A DNA stretch of 64,000 bases, taken from positions 1 through 64,000 of the forward strand of contig CAWABA010000011.1 in assembly GCA_963780185.1 (NCBI GenBank), given 5' to 3'. Positions 1 to 11,113 of this stretch are shown one piece after another. The stretch is from Candidatus Bathyarchaeota archaeon. GTDB lineage: Archaea; Thermoproteota; Bathyarchaeia; Bathyarchaeales; Bathycorpusculaceae. A program made the position numbers and the translations under genes. The notes under the pieces were generated by a model. It saw only the letters and a program-made list of their open reading frames with translations. It had not been told where the DNA came from and did not search any database. The first letter of the stretch is position 1. Each line of letters opens with the position of its first letter.

Positions 1-565
1 TTTTGGCGCAGCCATTAAGCCTGCTTCAAGAACCGTCGGTTCAAGGCGCAAAGTATAAGTGGAGCTGGGTTGTTTCAGAGACCGCTTTGACTGCGGTTTT
101 GAATTTTTCTGCGTCGCCGCTGGTTCAGCGGACGGCTACCATGTCCAACTTGAGTGTGTTGCCGATGTATTCGAAGCTGAAGCCCTCGGTGTATTTGATT
201 CGGCTTTCAATTTCTTGCGGGCATTTCGTCGGTTACGTCGATTGCGATGGCTGTCGGATTGGTGTAGGTGAATTCATGGCGGTACATAACCAGTTTTCCG
301 CCGAGCTTGCGTGCTTTGTCGCCTGCGCCCACAACAACTTCTTTAACGGCGGGTTTGAGCAGGTCTTTGAGTTTTTCATATGATTTTGCGTATTCTGGTT
401 TTTTGAGCGGCGGACAGCTTTCGATTTTACTTCGCGATTGACGATTTTTGTGGCGAAAGCCATGCAGTTGTCTTGCCCGCATTCTTTGCAGTTAGTTTTT
501 GGAAGCAGCTTGTAAACGTCGATTGGGCTAAGTTCCTTTATTCCGGCTTTCTTTTTCTCAGTCAT
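1..565 (-). CDS. cdhE: ACDS complex gamma subunit (corrinoid Fe-S protein large subunit), 5' part, frameshifted, runs off the window
   Basis: N-terminus [19 protein letters not shown] (Fe-S motif) continues in another frame as CPPL...[19 protein letters not shown]; follows cdhD. Confidence 0.9.
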
Positions 566-1790
566 GCCATTTCCCTCTAAGCTTTATGCTGAGCCAGTCA
601 GCGTATTTTGATGCGTCGGCTTTTTTGCCGCTGGTCAGGTAGTTTGTGACGTCTTTGAGTGTTTTCACTGCTGCTGGATGCATCATCATGAACAGGTCTA
701 CGCCTGCAAGCAACAGGGTTAAGGCTGTGGTTACTTCCCAAAGCGGGCCTCGGATTTCGCGTGGTTCCCAGTCAGCGGACATTTTGAGCCATGCTTCACG
801 GGCAGCCCAGGCGTTGGTTGTGCCTGAACTCATCGGGTGAGCAAGTTCCATGTCGCCCATTAAGCCGCTGAGTCTTGCGCGTTCCATGTTGGTGAATGCG
901 TAGTCTAAGCCGTAGCCTAGAGCCGCTGTGGTTAAGTCCATGACGATGTCTTCTCTGCCGAGTAGTCGTAGAGCCGCCTGTTTAGTTCACGTGCCAAGTT
1001 CAGGCCCATGGGGGTGAATGAGAGGACTGCGTGGCCTGCTTTCTTGACGAATTTGGCGCATTTTTCCACGTCCATGTCACGCGTGATTGAACTGATTAAG
1101 AAGCGTTCGCCGGGAATGCGTCGCATATGCTTCGAAGACGTCGGCGTCTTTAACTGGGTCGCCGCAGCCGCCGATAACGAGGGGGACATCAACGGCCTGC
1201 AGTACTTTCTCAACTGTTTTCATGCATCTTTTGGAGTGCATCTTTAAGCAGGGGGTCAATGCTGATTAAGTGGATGGTAACCATGTCTGCCCGAATTTCT
1301 CAACCGCAAGTTTCGCCCAAGCCGCAGGGTCGCCGACTACGTCTTTAACGTGCATCTTCACCGCTTTGCTCAGGGGCACTTCCATGTCGAAAACGTCAAG
1401 GGTGATGACGGGTTTGTGGGTGGTTGGCTTCTCAAAGCTGTAGAATGCCGGTGAGACTTCTCCGCCTATAGTGAATGATTTTCCGCGTGTTCCGCCTTCG
1501 TTTCTTGTTGCGCCCAATTTTACTTCTGTGATTTTGTTGGGGTAGGTTTCGATTGGAGGCAGGAATGGTACCTGAAGCATGCTAGCGGTTTGCCGCCTGC
1601 TACTGCGGCCGGGAGCTTTAGTTTGGGCATTATTTGCCCGGCCATGCCTGGTTCAAAGATTAGTTCGAGGTCTTTGACGTCCATCTGAAAGTCTTCAAGC
1701 TCAATCTGCTGGAATTTTGCGAGGGCTTCCAGTAGCTCATTGCTCAGCTGTAGTTCTTCGTTGTCTTTTTTTTTGGCCGTTTTCGGGCAA
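558..1790 (-). CDS. cdhD: ACDS complex delta subunit (corrinoid Fe-S protein small subunit), split by several frameshifts
   Basis: Fragments 1266-1580 ([16 protein letters not shown]), 1077-1259 ([14 protein letters not shown]), 932-1213 and 558-941 ([17 protein letters not shown]...[11 protein letters not shown]) tile a CdhD; start approximate. Confidence 0.88.
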
Positions 1791-1795
1791 TCAGC

Positions 1796-3208
1796 TCACC
1801 GCTTATCTTTGTCGTCTTTGACTGTTGTGATGATGACTTTGTTAGCGTAGATCTTTGCGTCTTTGAGTATGATTTTGAATCCGCCTGCCATGATTGGTAG
1901 TGTGCCTGCTGTTGCAACTGGCATCATTGTTCCTGCTGCTTCCTCGGTGACTTGTACTGCTTGTGCTTCTGGTGCTGGTGCTTCTGCCGCTGCCCATCTT
2001 GCTACGACTGGGTGGTTCTTGGCTTTGAGGAATGCTTTGAGTTCATCAACGGTCTTTGCATCTTCTTCAGTTGCGACTTTGTCGACCAGTTCCGCTGGGA
2101 TGAAGTCTTTGACGCGTTCTTTCACTTCTTTAGGTACCCAAACGACTCGGTTCCATCCACCGTCTGCTGCGAAGAATTTCTTGCTTCTCATGTATTCGAT
2201 GGACATTCCGTGGAATCCGTCTATTTGTCTTCCGCCTGCCGCAGAGTCTGCGATGGTGCTGAAGGGCAAGCCGTTTACTGCTGGGCCTTTGAAGCTTCTG
2301 TGAACTACTGCTAATCCGTCGACTTCAGGGACGTAGAAGGTTACTGCTTCGAAGCATCCGCATGAAGTGTGTGGGTGATCGAATGCTGTGTAAAGCCAAA
2401 CTTGCTGGACTTCGCCCATGCTGCGTTTCTTTGCGGCTTCGTTGACGCCTGAGAATTCGCCTTTTTCAGCGTTTATCATTTGTCCTCGGGGTATGGCGAA
2501 GACTGGGCCTTTGGGGTCTATGCTTGCTGAGGCTTTGCCGTCAAACCAGCTGATGGCGCCGCAGTTGCTGTACCTTTGGGGTGTGATGACGCAGACGTGG
2601 CTTGGCGCGAATGATTGGCATAGGGCGCAGCCGTAGAATGTGTCAACATCTTCGTCTTTGAGGCCTCTTGCTTTTGCGTCGCGTGCTTCATATGCTTGGA
2701 TTGCTGCAGGGGTCATTTCTTCGAGTTTTGCTGGGTCTGTTATGAAGGTAATTTGTACTTTTTCGATGATGGGCAGTTCACTCTTGAATAGTCTGTAGAG
2801 TACTTTGCCGATTGGTTCAAAACTGTTCAGACCTTTTTGGAAGGATTTTTTGCCGATGCGTATCCAGATGTCGTAACGTTGGTTTAGGTGCATGAAGCCT
2901 TCGATGTAGTTCAGGTAGCCGTGAATGCGTCTTTCAATGACACCTTCGAGGCCTGCATCGAGTTTTGCGCCTGCTGCTTCAACGAGGATTCCGAATGGGT
3001 ATGCGCCGCCTTCTTTGAGGTCTTTTAGGTCGGGTCCGATGATGGTGATTTTTCCGTCGTCGATTTCGCTCATGGGTTTAACTTTGGCTAACTCAAACTT
3101 CTGTTTAACTGTGGGTCCGCCGAGTTCAACTTGCATGTCGTTTCTTCTGATACGTTCTCCTTCGTAGATTACGCCAACTTCAACAGGTATATCTTTAAAC
3201 ATAGACAT
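1796..3208 (-). CDS. cdhC: ACDS complex beta subunit (acetyl-CoA synthase)
   Basis: GVIYEGERIR, FYGCALCQSFAPSHVC, HTSCGCFE A-cluster motifs. Confidence 0.96.
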   Translation of the reverse strand: MSMFKDIPVEVGVIYEGERIRRNDMQVELGGPTVKQKFELAKVKPMSEIDDGKITIIGPDLKDLKEGGAYPFGILVEAAGAKLDAGLEGVIERRIHGYLNYIEGFMHLNQRYDIWIRIGKKSFQKGLNSFEPIGKVLYRLFKSELPIIEKVQITFITDPAKLEEMTPAAIQAYEARDAKARGLKDEDVDTFYGCALCQSFAPSHVCVITPQRYSNCGAISWFDGKASASIDPKGPVFAIPRGQMINAEKGEFSGVNEAAKKRSMGEVQQVWLYTAFDHPHTSCGCFEAVTFYVPEVDGLAVVHRSFKGPAVNGLPFSTIADSAAGGRQIDGFHGMSIEYMRSKKFFAADGGWNRVVWVPKEVKERVKDFIPAELVDKVATEEDAKTVDELKAFLKAKNHPVVARWAAAEAPAPEAQAVQVTEEAAGTMMPVATAGTLPIMAGGFKIILKDAKIYANKVIITTVKDDKDKR

Positions 3209-3211
3209 TTT

Positions 3212-3754
3212 TTATTGTCCTCCTTCAAATTTTGAAGTCATGACTTTGAGATTGGCAGCCCATTCCTCAGGGGTTGCGTTTGGGAAAGACCAGCTTGCGT
3301 GCACATGGAACAAATTGTCCAGTGTCATGGTTTTTAGGTCAGGTGCAAAATGTTTGAGTCCGCAGAGCAGCAACGATTCAACGTAGTAAGGCATCCCCAC
3401 CATCATAACGAGGTCTGGGTGTCCTTTTCCGTCTAAGCCCTGCCAGGTTGGGTCAACAACTAGGTTGCCGATTTCCATGGCGTTCATAAAAGCCGCAGGT
3501 GTATATCCACGTTTTATGAATTCGCCAACCATGTGGGCTGTGGCTACGACGGGTACTTTTGAAGCTTTTGCGAGGTCAATTAGGTATTCGATTAGTTGTT
3601 TGCCTTCCAGGTACCGTTCGGTGGCGTTGCTTCCCACAATAAGAATGGGATGTTGGGCTTTTTTCATCATTGCGACGGCTATCTCGGGTTTTTGTATTGG
3701 GTTTGCTTTTTTAGATGTTGCTATTTCTGCACATTGCCAGGGTTCACATGACAT
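3212..3754 (-). CDS. cdhB: ACDS complex epsilon subunit
   Basis: 180 aa, EPWQ...KKAQHPILIVG...WQGLDGKG; position between cdhA and cdhC. Confidence 0.93.
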   Translation of the reverse strand: MSCEPWQCAEIATSKKANPIQKPEIAVAMMKKAQHPILIVGSNATERYLEGKQLIEYLIDLAKASKVPVVATAHMVGEFIKRGYTPAAFMNAMEIGNLVVDPTWQGLDGKGHPDLVMMVGMPYYVESLLLCGLKHFAPDLKTMTLDNLFHVHASWSFPNATPEEWAANLKVMTSKFEGGQ

Positions 3755-3761
3755 TTTACAT

Positions 3762-6113
3762 TCACTCCTTCATTTTTCTGATCATTCTTGGAAGCAATGT
3801 TGGGTCTGGAATTACTGTTTCTTTCCAGTCGTGTGCTTCCAGTATTGTGGCGAATTCCTCTTTGAGGGTCATTGGGACATCAGCCATTGTTCTCACGAAC
3901 AGATGCAGGTCAGTTGGCATTACTCCCATGTAACGTTTGCTGAGGTCAACGTAGTGGCTCAGTTTGATGCTTCGTCCTTTCCACGTGTCGTTTGGTCTGA
4001 TGCATAGTTTTGCGATTGCAACCATGCATTCCTCTTTGGTTTCTGCTATGTTGAAGAGGTGTTCTGGTGCTGGGCCGACTCTCACTTTGTCTCCTGTGCG
4101 TGCATCGTAGACTTCGAAGTCTTCTGGGTGGTCTTCTCTGCCAAGGAGCATACGACGGTACTTTACGCCGTGTGGTCCAACGAGGACAGGGACGCCTAAA
4201 CGCCAGAATCCTGCGGCGATTGCCGCGGCTTTCTGCGAGTATGCACCCCAAGCTAAGCCGACTGCGCCGAGGCGGTTATGGATGTAATCTGCGATTTCTT
4301 CGTAGTTGCCTCTTAAGGGTCGTTTTGCGAAGATGTTTGCTACTTTGATTGCTGCGCCCGCGATGTGTGCGTTTGATACGCATGAACCCGTGTTGAGGAC
4401 TCCTCCTGCTTCGAAGCCGCCGGGGAATTCTTCGTAAATGGTTTGGCCGTCGCTGTTGCGGTAGCTGCCTGCGGACATGGCTGAGCAGCCTGATAATGCA
4501 ACGATGTATCTTCTGCTTGCGAATTCTCTTGCGATGTCGTATACGTCTTTGCCGCCTTTCGGATAGTTGCTGCAGCCTACGATTGCAACGATTCCCGGGA
4601 TTTCTCCGAGAACAATTGGGCTGCCGACATTGCGGATTTCCACGTCTGAAACTTGGCCTCTGCCTGAACGACACAAGTTATTTTCTGCATACATTGCTTT
4701 TTCGCCGGCTTTAACGATGAGGCTGTGAATCATGATTTTCTGTGGACATGCTTCTTCGCATCTTCCGCATCCAATGCAGGTTTCATAGAGTTCTTCCATT
4801 AGGCTTAGGTCGCCTTTTGCTGCTGCTTTCATGGCTGCTGGAATTGCGTAGTCTTGTGGGCAGTTGCGTTGGCAACTCTTGCATTGCGTGCAAGCTTTGG
4901 CGATTTGCGTAATTTCCTCCATGCTTGGAAGACTGGATTTTCGTTTGCGTATTGGAGCAACTTTTTGTGCGACGCGGACAGCGACTTCGCCGACTTTTTC
5001 TGGGTCAAGAATTAGGACACCTTTGACTTTGCCGCTTACGAGGTCAGCGACGATTTCGTCTGCTGGGTCGTTTGTGCGGTTCTTAAAGCCCATGCAGTTC
5101 TTTTCTGACGCTGCAATTACTGGGGCGTTAACTTTTGCTGCTTCGTCATAGATGTCTGTTCGGATGCATTGTTCATCAAGTACTACTACGTCTGCTAATC
5201 CTGCTCGGACGAATCTTAGCTCCCAGCTGATTGGTCCTACGACTCTCGCGCGGTCGTAATACCTTGTCATGTCGTGTGCTGTACAGCATAAACCGACAAT
5301 TTCGATTTTGTCGTCAACTTTGGTTTCTTTTGCGTAATCAATAATTCCGACTGATGGAACGACGTTATGTCCGATGCACATGATGACTGGTTTAGTTCTA
5401 TCTACGCTGCCTATGCCTAGCTTTACGAGCGGGGCTTCTGGGTCTGCTTTTGGATAGCCTAAAGTGGAAATTTGTGCGATGTCGCCGACTTCCATGCCTA
5501 CGTGGTCAATCATGCCGACATGCATGGCTTTGGATTCAAAGTCTAAGTTGTTGCCTTCTTGACCTGTGTGTCCTACTGCGAGGATTTGGGTGATTTGCTC
5601 TTCAGTATAAGTTAAAACGTCATCAAGGTCACCGAGTGTTTCAGGCTTTATACCCGTAACCAAACGTGTGACTGGAGCTTCAACTTTTACGTTTAAGCCG
5701 CCCACGTTTAATGGGTATCTGCGCCCATATTTCTCGATTAAGTGATGAAGAAGGTGTCGTGAGTGGGCTGTGTGGCAGGCTGCTCCAATCGCACAAGCCA
5801 ACATCACAATACGAGAAGATTGGGTTGCGATGTCTATGCCGCATGCGCCGCGTTTTCCAGCGGTTAAGTCGCATTTTCCGAAGGTGCAGAGACAGCAGGC
5901 ATCGCAGTCGGGCATATAGAAGGGTTTGTATTTGGTGAGAAGTTTCATGTCCCAGTCTCGCAGGGTTGTGATGGATGGCATCGGGGTTGGTCCCATTGGT
6001 TCTTCAGTGTAGTTGTCGTTGATAACTTTGCCGATGGAGACTTCGAGGTTTTTTATTAGACCAGTGTTGGTCTTCATTTCGTCTATTTTTACGTTAACGT
6101 TTTTAGTAGTCAA
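3762..6113 (-). CDS. cdhA: ACDS complex alpha subunit (CO dehydrogenase)
   Basis: PMGPTP, CCLCTFGKCDL, GHN, two CxxCxxCxxxCP motifs, GSCVSNAH. Confidence 0.97.
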   Translation of the reverse strand: MTTKNVNVKIDEMKTNTGLIKNLEVSIGKVINDNYTEEPMGPTPMPSITTLRDWDMKLLTKYKPFYMPDCDACCLCTFGKCDLTAGKRGACGIDIATQSSRIVMLACAIGAACHTAHSRHLLHHLIEKYGRRYPLNVGGLNVKVEAPVTRLVTGIKPETLGDLDDVLTYTEEQITQILAVGHTGQEGNNLDFESKAMHVGMIDHVGMEVGDIAQISTLGYPKADPEAPLVKLGIGSVDRTKPVIMCIGHNVVPSVGIIDYAKETKVDDKIEIVGLCCTAHDMTRYYDRARVVGPISWELRFVRAGLADVVVLDEQCIRTDIYDEAAKVNAPVIAASEKNCMGFKNRTNDPADEIVADLVSGKVKGVLILDPEKVGEVAVRVAQKVAPIRKRKSSLPSMEEITQIAKACTQCKSCQRNCPQDYAIPAAMKAAAKGDLSLMEELYETCIGCGRCEEACPQKIMIHSLIVKAGEKAMYAENNLCRSGRGQVSDVEIRNVGSPIVLGEIPGIVAIVGCSNYPKGGKDVYDIAREFASRRYIVALSGCSAMSAGSYRNSDGQTIYEEFPGGFEAGGVLNTGSCVSNAHIAGAAIKVANIFAKRPLRGNYEEIADYIHNRLGAVGLAWGAYSQKAAAIAAGFWRLGVPVLVGPHGVKYRRMLLGREDHPEDFEVYDARTGDKVRVGPAPEHLFNIAETKEECMVAIAKLCIRPNDTWKGRSIKLSHYVDLSKRYMGVMPTDLHLFVRTMADVPMTLKEEFATILEAHDWKETVIPDPTLLPRMIRKMKE

Positions 6114-6267
6114 ATTAATGACTCCTCTGTAAAGGTTAAACCTAAGACTGACACAATTTGTTTTTAAACCTTTCCAGATTCAAAGTCAAAAGTCATGGAA
6201 CAACTGAAGAAAAGCAAAGGTTCCGAAAAATTGTGTAAAGATATGAGTTTAGAATGTAAACAGTTGG

Positions 6268-7032
6268 CTACAGGTAGCCAAGGGTCTTCATTATAGCCTT
6301 CACTGAGAGGTAGCCTTCACTGGTGTCGGGCAAGTCAAGCAGCGATTTACCGTTAAGCACATACTCATCCAACGTTTCATCTTCAGCGATTTTCCCCAGA
6401 TACCTGAATCCCAAGTCAGCCTCAGCCTGCTTCCCCAGTTCAGCTGGAAAACGGTAGCCGCCCACCAAATAGAAATTGTCAAACTTCATATCGACTTCTT
6501 TAGCTATTTTAAAAGCTCTTTTCACGTGGTCCTGAGATTTCTTTGAATGATCCAAAATGTCAAAAACGTCGTTAACAGTCGAGGTGATTCGACGGTTCAG
6601 GTTTTCAAGTCCAGCCGGAGAATCAACCAAGATGTACTTGTAATTCTTAGTTAACGACTCCAACGCACCCTTCAGTGCGGAGTTCGGCATGCAGTAGCAA
6701 CCCTCAACCCATTTGGTGCCAACCGCGAGGAAATCAAAATTTTTGCTTTCATAGAGCCCTTTTTCCCAAATTCGGCTTTCGATGCGTTCAGTTGGGGCAA
6801 CTCCAACTGTGGTGCCGCCCTGCTCAATAAAAGTGCTCACCAAAAGCTCTGCGATAGTTGATTTTCCCGCCTCTTTGAGGTCTATTCCAAGCATTTCAGC
6901 AAGGTTCTGGTCTGGGTCAGCGTCAACCAGCAGCAAGGGGGCTTGGCATGACTCTATCAGGGATTTAGTCATTAGGGCTGTGAAACTGGATTTTCCTGTT
7001 CCTCCACGTCCAATTGTTACAAGAGTTTTCAT
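6268..7032 (-). CDS. cooC: CooC/AcsF-type nickel-insertion ATPase
   Basis: GRGGTGKS P-loop, DADP, EGCYC; start trimmed to MKTLVTIG; adjacent to cdhA. Confidence 0.85.
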   Translation of the reverse strand: MKTLVTIGRGGTGKSSFTALMTKSLIESCQAPLLLVDADPDQNLAEMLGIDLKEAGKSTIAELLVSTFIEQGGTTVGVAPTERIESRIWEKGLYESKNFDFLAVGTKWVEGCYCMPNSALKGALESLTKNYKYILVDSPAGLENLNRRITSTVNDVFDILDHSKKSQDHVKRAFKIAKEVDMKFDNFYLVGGYRFPAELGKQAEADLGFRYLGKIAEDETLDEYVLNGKSLLDLPDTSEGYLSVKAIMKTLGYL

Positions 7033-7111
7033 TTGCAGAACCTCAGAATACTGTGATTTCTTAGCAGAAGCTCGCATATATTGTCTACGGTTTAGGTTCT
7101 GCTTTTTTGGT

Positions 7112-7639
7112 TTAAGACAAATCGTCGCGGACCCAAGTTTGCGGTTGCTTACAAAATCTGCCATCATCTGTGGTTGTTTTCAGTTTGCTGACTTTGCCGC
7201 TGAACCAGCCTATCTTCGCTGTTTTCCTACAGTCGAACTTGGGGACGTAAGGCTTAATGTCAAGCAGCGGTGTCCCATCAATTATGTCTAGGTCTTGAAT
7301 GTACAGTGTGCAGTTCTCGATTGCTGTTAGGCGAACAATGGATATGCCGATTCTGTTTGGTCTAGCGGGGGAGCGGGTGGCGAAAACTCCGTGAAGTTTG
7401 TCGTCGAGGAACGGTTTAACCATTAAAGAGCTGTCTTTGACGAGGTGAAAGTTGTAGAGGAGGATAATATGTGAGAAACCGCCAAGATCGCGTAAGCCTT
7501 CGGCATATTGGGGAAAGATTTCGATGGTTCCGCAGGTTCCCTCAGCCGCGGCTGCCTGTATCGGCACGTTTTGCGGTTCCTTAAATGGCGAATGCACGAT
7601 TCCAATTGGTTTGAAGAGAAATTCGCTCACTGCGGGCAC
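7112..7639 (-). CDS. tsaA: tRNA (t6A37) N6-methyltransferase TrmO/TsaA
   Basis: GVFATRSPARPNRIG and DGTPLLDIKPY signatures. Confidence 0.9.
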   Translation of the reverse strand: MPAVSEFLFKPIGIVHSPFKEPQNVPIQAAAAEGTCGTIEIFPQYAEGLRDLGGFSHIILLYNFHLVKDSSLMVKPFLDDKLHGVFATRSPARPNRIGISIVRLTAIENCTLYIQDLDIIDGTPLLDIKPYVPKFDCRKTAKIGWFSGKVSKLKTTTDDGRFCKQPQTWVRDDLS

Positions 7640-7648
7640 CGTTGGGGT

Positions 7649-8428
7649 TTACTGGTTTTTCTTCAACAGCAACTCACATATGTCATCTATAGCTTTTACA
7701 GCCAAAATTTCCTTGTTTTTTAGGGGTGTTTCACCCATCATGTCAGCATCAATCACTTTTTGGTCCCAAGGCACAAACGCAAGCACGTTTAAGCCGTTTT
7801 GGTCGGCGAAGGTTTGGATGGCTTTTTTCTGTGCATCATTCATGACGCGGTTGGCGACTAGGTAAAGTTGCTTCATGCCAGCCGCCGAGGCTAAGTCATG
7901 AATGTGTTTAGCTATCTCCAGCGACTTCAAATTTGAGTCAGCAACAATCAGCAATGCGTCAACTTGCCGTGCGGTCCCTCTGCCGATATGCTCGACTCCG
8001 GCTTCTAAATCCATAACGACAGCTTCGTTTCGGTCAACGACGAGGTGTCTTAGCAGGGCACGGATGACGGCGTTTGGAGCGCACATGCAGCCCGCTTCCA
8101 TAGCCTGCACAGTCCCCATAACAATCAAGTTTACGCCCAAAGGAGTAACAATCGAGTAGTCTCTGACAATGTCATCAACAGTGAAATTCAAATTGTAAAC
8201 ACTGTTAAAGCCAGTGCTTGTTTTAGCCTCAACCAACGGCTTATTCTCTGTAATAGGCACTATTTTTCGGGTTTCCTCAGCTGACAAACCCAACGTCAAC
8301 GCAAGATTCGGCGAGGAATCTGCGTCAATTGCCATAGTTTTTAATCCGCGTTCAACAAAGCCCCGGGCTAAGCCGCCTGCTATCAGGGTTTTTCCAACGC
8401 CACCTTTACCAGAAACTGCTACCTTCAT
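7649..8428 (-). CDS. cooC: CooC-type CO dehydrogenase maturation ATPase
   Basis: SGKGGVGKT, IDADSSPNL, GCMC, DLEAGVEHIGRG. Confidence 0.88.
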   Translation of the reverse strand: MKVAVSGKGGVGKTLIAGGLARGFVERGLKTMAIDADSSPNLALTLGLSAEETRKIVPITENKPLVEAKTSTGFNSVYNLNFTVDDIVRDYSIVTPLGVNLIVMGTVQAMEAGCMCAPNAVIRALLRHLVVDRNEAVVMDLEAGVEHIGRGTARQVDALLIVADSNLKSLEIAKHIHDLASAAGMKQLYLVANRVMNDAQKKAIQTFADQNGLNVLAFVPWDQKVIDADMMGETPLKNKEILAVKAIDDICELLLKKNQ

Positions 8429-8514
8429 AATCTCACAACTACAATTAAATTCCATTTCAGGGTTAATTTACGTTTCTTCTTGAGTTCAAAAGTTCTTTCT
8501 TTACTCGACCACTT

Positions 8515-8844
8515 TTATCTTTGCGTCATGGTTTCAAAAGCTTCTTTTGCGAAAACGCTTACAAGTTCAGATGTTAATGCTTCAACGATGTTGTATATTC
8601 TGGCGTCGACGATTGAGTAGAGGCGTTTGGTTCCGTCTTTTCGGCATTTTATCATTCCGGCGTCTCTGAGGATTTTCAAGTGTCGGGAAACGAGCGGCTG
8701 GATAAGGTTGAGGTGGGGAACTATTTCGCAGACGCATTTTTCTCCGTCGCGCAAATAGTCTATTATTTCAAGTCTAATGGGGTCGGATAGGGCGTGGAAG
8801 ACTGTTGATTTGAAGCGGTTGCTGTTTTCGGAGAGGTTTGGCAT
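8515..8844 (-). CDS. ArsR/SmtB family metalloregulator
   Basis: FHALSDPIRLEI...CVCEI...VSRHLKILRDAG. Confidence 0.92.
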   Translation of the reverse strand: MPNLSENSNRFKSTVFHALSDPIRLEIIDYLRDGEKCVCEIVPHLNLIQPLVSRHLKILRDAGMIKCRKDGTKRLYSIVDARIYNIVEALTSELVSVFAKEAFETMTQR

Positions 8845-8984
8845 AGTTTGCTCTTATCGATAACAATATTTTAAAGTTGCTATAGAACCCAAATGTTATG
8901 GGAAACCGCGAAATTTCTTGCGCCTGGAGAGAAAAAGTGAATATATCAAAATATAAATATAGCAATGAAGTGTTTGTTTTCAAG

Positions 8985-10317
8985 ATGGCTCACATGAAAA
9001 AACCTAACCGTGCCTTGTCCATTTTCATCATCCTTGTTTTGGCAACATCAACATTTTTCTGTTTCGCTATGCGTCCAGCGATCGCTTGCATCAGCCAATT
9101 CATCCACAGATAATTGGCCAATGTTCCACCACGACCTAACCCACGCAGGCTACTCCACCAGCACACCAACTGCAACTCACGCCACCTTGCTATGGAACTA
9201 TACGACCAACAGCGTAGTCGGAGCTTCACCCGCAATCGTTGACGGTCGTGTCTACATAGGTTCCGATGGCGGAGTTGCTTATTGTCTCAATGCGTTAGAT
9301 GGGTCAGAAGTGTGGAATTTCACAATCCGCACTGCAAATCGGGGATTTCAACTTGAAGGTGGCACAGCAATAAGTTCCTCTATGGCGGTGGCTAACGGCA
9401 AAGTCTACTTCGGATGCTACGACCGCAACATCTACTGCCTGAACGCAGCAACAGGCAGCAAAATCTGGAACTTCACCACAGGAAACACTGTGGAATCATG
9501 TCCCTCAGTAGCTAATGGTTACGTGTACGTTGGGTCATGGGATGGAAACGTTTACTGCCTTGACGCGGCGAACGGCGCCAAAATATGGAGTTACAAAACT
9601 GGTGGACTCGTTGAGTCTTCGCCTGCAGTCGCCGACGGTTATGTCTACGTGGGTTCTGCAGATGGCAATGTTTATTGTCTCGATGCTTTATCCGGCGCGA
9701 AAATTTGGAACTACAGCACCGGGAGCATCGTGGAATCTTCGCCCACGGTTGTTAACGGACGCCTCTACACCGGGTCAGATGACGACAACGTCTATTGCCT
9801 TAACGCGACAAACGGAGGCAAAATCTGGAGTTATCCCGCTCAGAGCTGGGTTACATCAACCCCCGCAGTCGCCAACGGCTACGTTTACGTTGGAACCGGT
9901 GAATCTGGATCGGGAAACCCTGACAAAAACGTCTATTGCCTCAACGAGTTAACTGGAGCAAAAGTCTGGTCATATCCTACCCAGGACGGAGTGGATTCTT
10001 CCCCTGCGGTGGCAGGCGGCTGCGTTTACGTCGGCGGCTGGGATGGAAATGTTTACTGTTTGAACGCTTCAAGCGGAGCCAACATTTGGACGTACACGAC
10101 GGGAAATCACGTGAGTTCTTCGCCTGCAGCGTGGAACGGAATCGTTTACGTTGGATCATGGGACCATCACATTTACGCTTTAGGTAACCCGTCTTCGTCA
10201 AGCACTAGTCCAATCTTGGCTTTTGCGGCAGAAATTACCTACCTGATAGTTGCCGTTGTCGCCGTAGCAGTCGTTATCGTCTTAGCAATAATTCTTCAGC
10301 GCAGAAAGCACCGCTAG
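8985..10317 (+). CDS. Membrane-anchored PQQ-like (BamB-type) beta-propeller protein; frameshift after the signal peptide
   Basis: About 8 repeats of SSPAV..G.VYVGS.DG.VYCLNA..G.KIW; signal peptide MKKPNRALSIFIILVL lies in another frame; C-terminal TM plus basic tail. Confidence 0.88.
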
Positions 10318-10327
10318 AAGGCACTTT

Positions 10328-10663
10328 ATGGACGAGGGTCACGTTAGAGTCAAAAGCTGGGAAGAATTCAAACGCTTAGTCGCTGAAAAGAAGCCTAGCT
10401 CAATAGTTTTCGTACTTGAACAAAACGGCTTTTCGCCAAACAAGGAACTAACGGTTCTCAGGCTCATAATGCTCCACGACAAACGCTACTACATTTTTTT
10501 GGATTTCCCAAAGGGTGAAACGCAAAAACTCAGGGAAACAGGGATTCCGCTTCACAAAGACAAGAATGGAATTCCAAATTTGGATGATTGCGAAGTTAAA
10601 GCCTTCTTGGAAAAGCAATTCGCGAATCAGAACTTGAAAGTTTTTTCTTTCTGGACAACTTAA
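10328..10663 (+). CDS. Hypothetical protein
   Basis: 111 aa protein-like ORF 10 nt after the previous gene. Confidence 0.7.
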   Translation: MDEGHVRVKSWEEFKRLVAEKKPSSIVFVLEQNGFSPNKELTVLRLIMLHDKRYYIFLDFPKGETQKLRETGIPLHKDKNGIPNLDDCEVKAFLEKQFANQNLKVFSFWTT

Positions 10664-10745
10664 GATTGTGAACGCCCATAAGTCCATAACAATAGTTAAA
10701 TATTGTAATCAATAAGTTACCTTTCACCAGGAGAGAACAAAAAGC

Positions 10746-11072
10746 ATGCCGAGAGAAACATACCAAGGCATCCCCAGAGCCAAGATACCTTGGGCCCCGA
10801 AAATCGATTACGAAAAATGTGTTACATGCGGAAAATGCGTGGACTTTTGCCATAAACAAGTTTTTGCATCCGAAGAAAACGAAGGAAAAAAGCGAACAAT
10901 CGTGAAAAAAACAGACGGCTGCGTGGTTTTTTGCAGAGGTTGCGAAGACATCTGCCCTGCAGGTGCGATAACGCATCCATCCGAAGAGGAAACTCGAAAG
11001 ATAATAGAAAAACTAAAAAAGGAAAGGCATAGCCAACCTTTCAACCATATGATAAAATCTTCGCCGTCATAA
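10746..11072 (+). CDS. 2x[4Fe-4S] ferredoxin family protein
   Basis: CVTCGKCVDFC and CVVFCRGCEDICP. Confidence 0.88.
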   Translation: MPRETYQGIPRAKIPWAPKIDYEKCVTCGKCVDFCHKQVFASEENEGKKRTIVKKTDGCVVFCRGCEDICPAGAITHPSEEETRKIIEKLKKERHSQPFNHMIKSSPS

Positions 11073-11113
11073 ACTTTTTCGCAGTGCCTTTTTGGATCCT
11101 CTGCCTTTGTCAT

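Noticed and set aside
1-1790. Pseudogenisation or programmed frameshifting of cdhD/cdhE
   Set aside because: Dense single-base indels with otherwise conserved protein sequence, while cdhABC are intact; most consistent with low-coverage long-read errors.
1863-5938. Numerous antisense and alternate-frame ORFs inside the cdh genes and other housekeeping genes
   Set aside because: Shadow ORFs of well-supported genes, with no recognisable motifs.
9200-10180. Periodic ~120-nt repeats resembling an array (also 17150-18150)
   Set aside because: They encode beta-propeller blades; not CRISPR.
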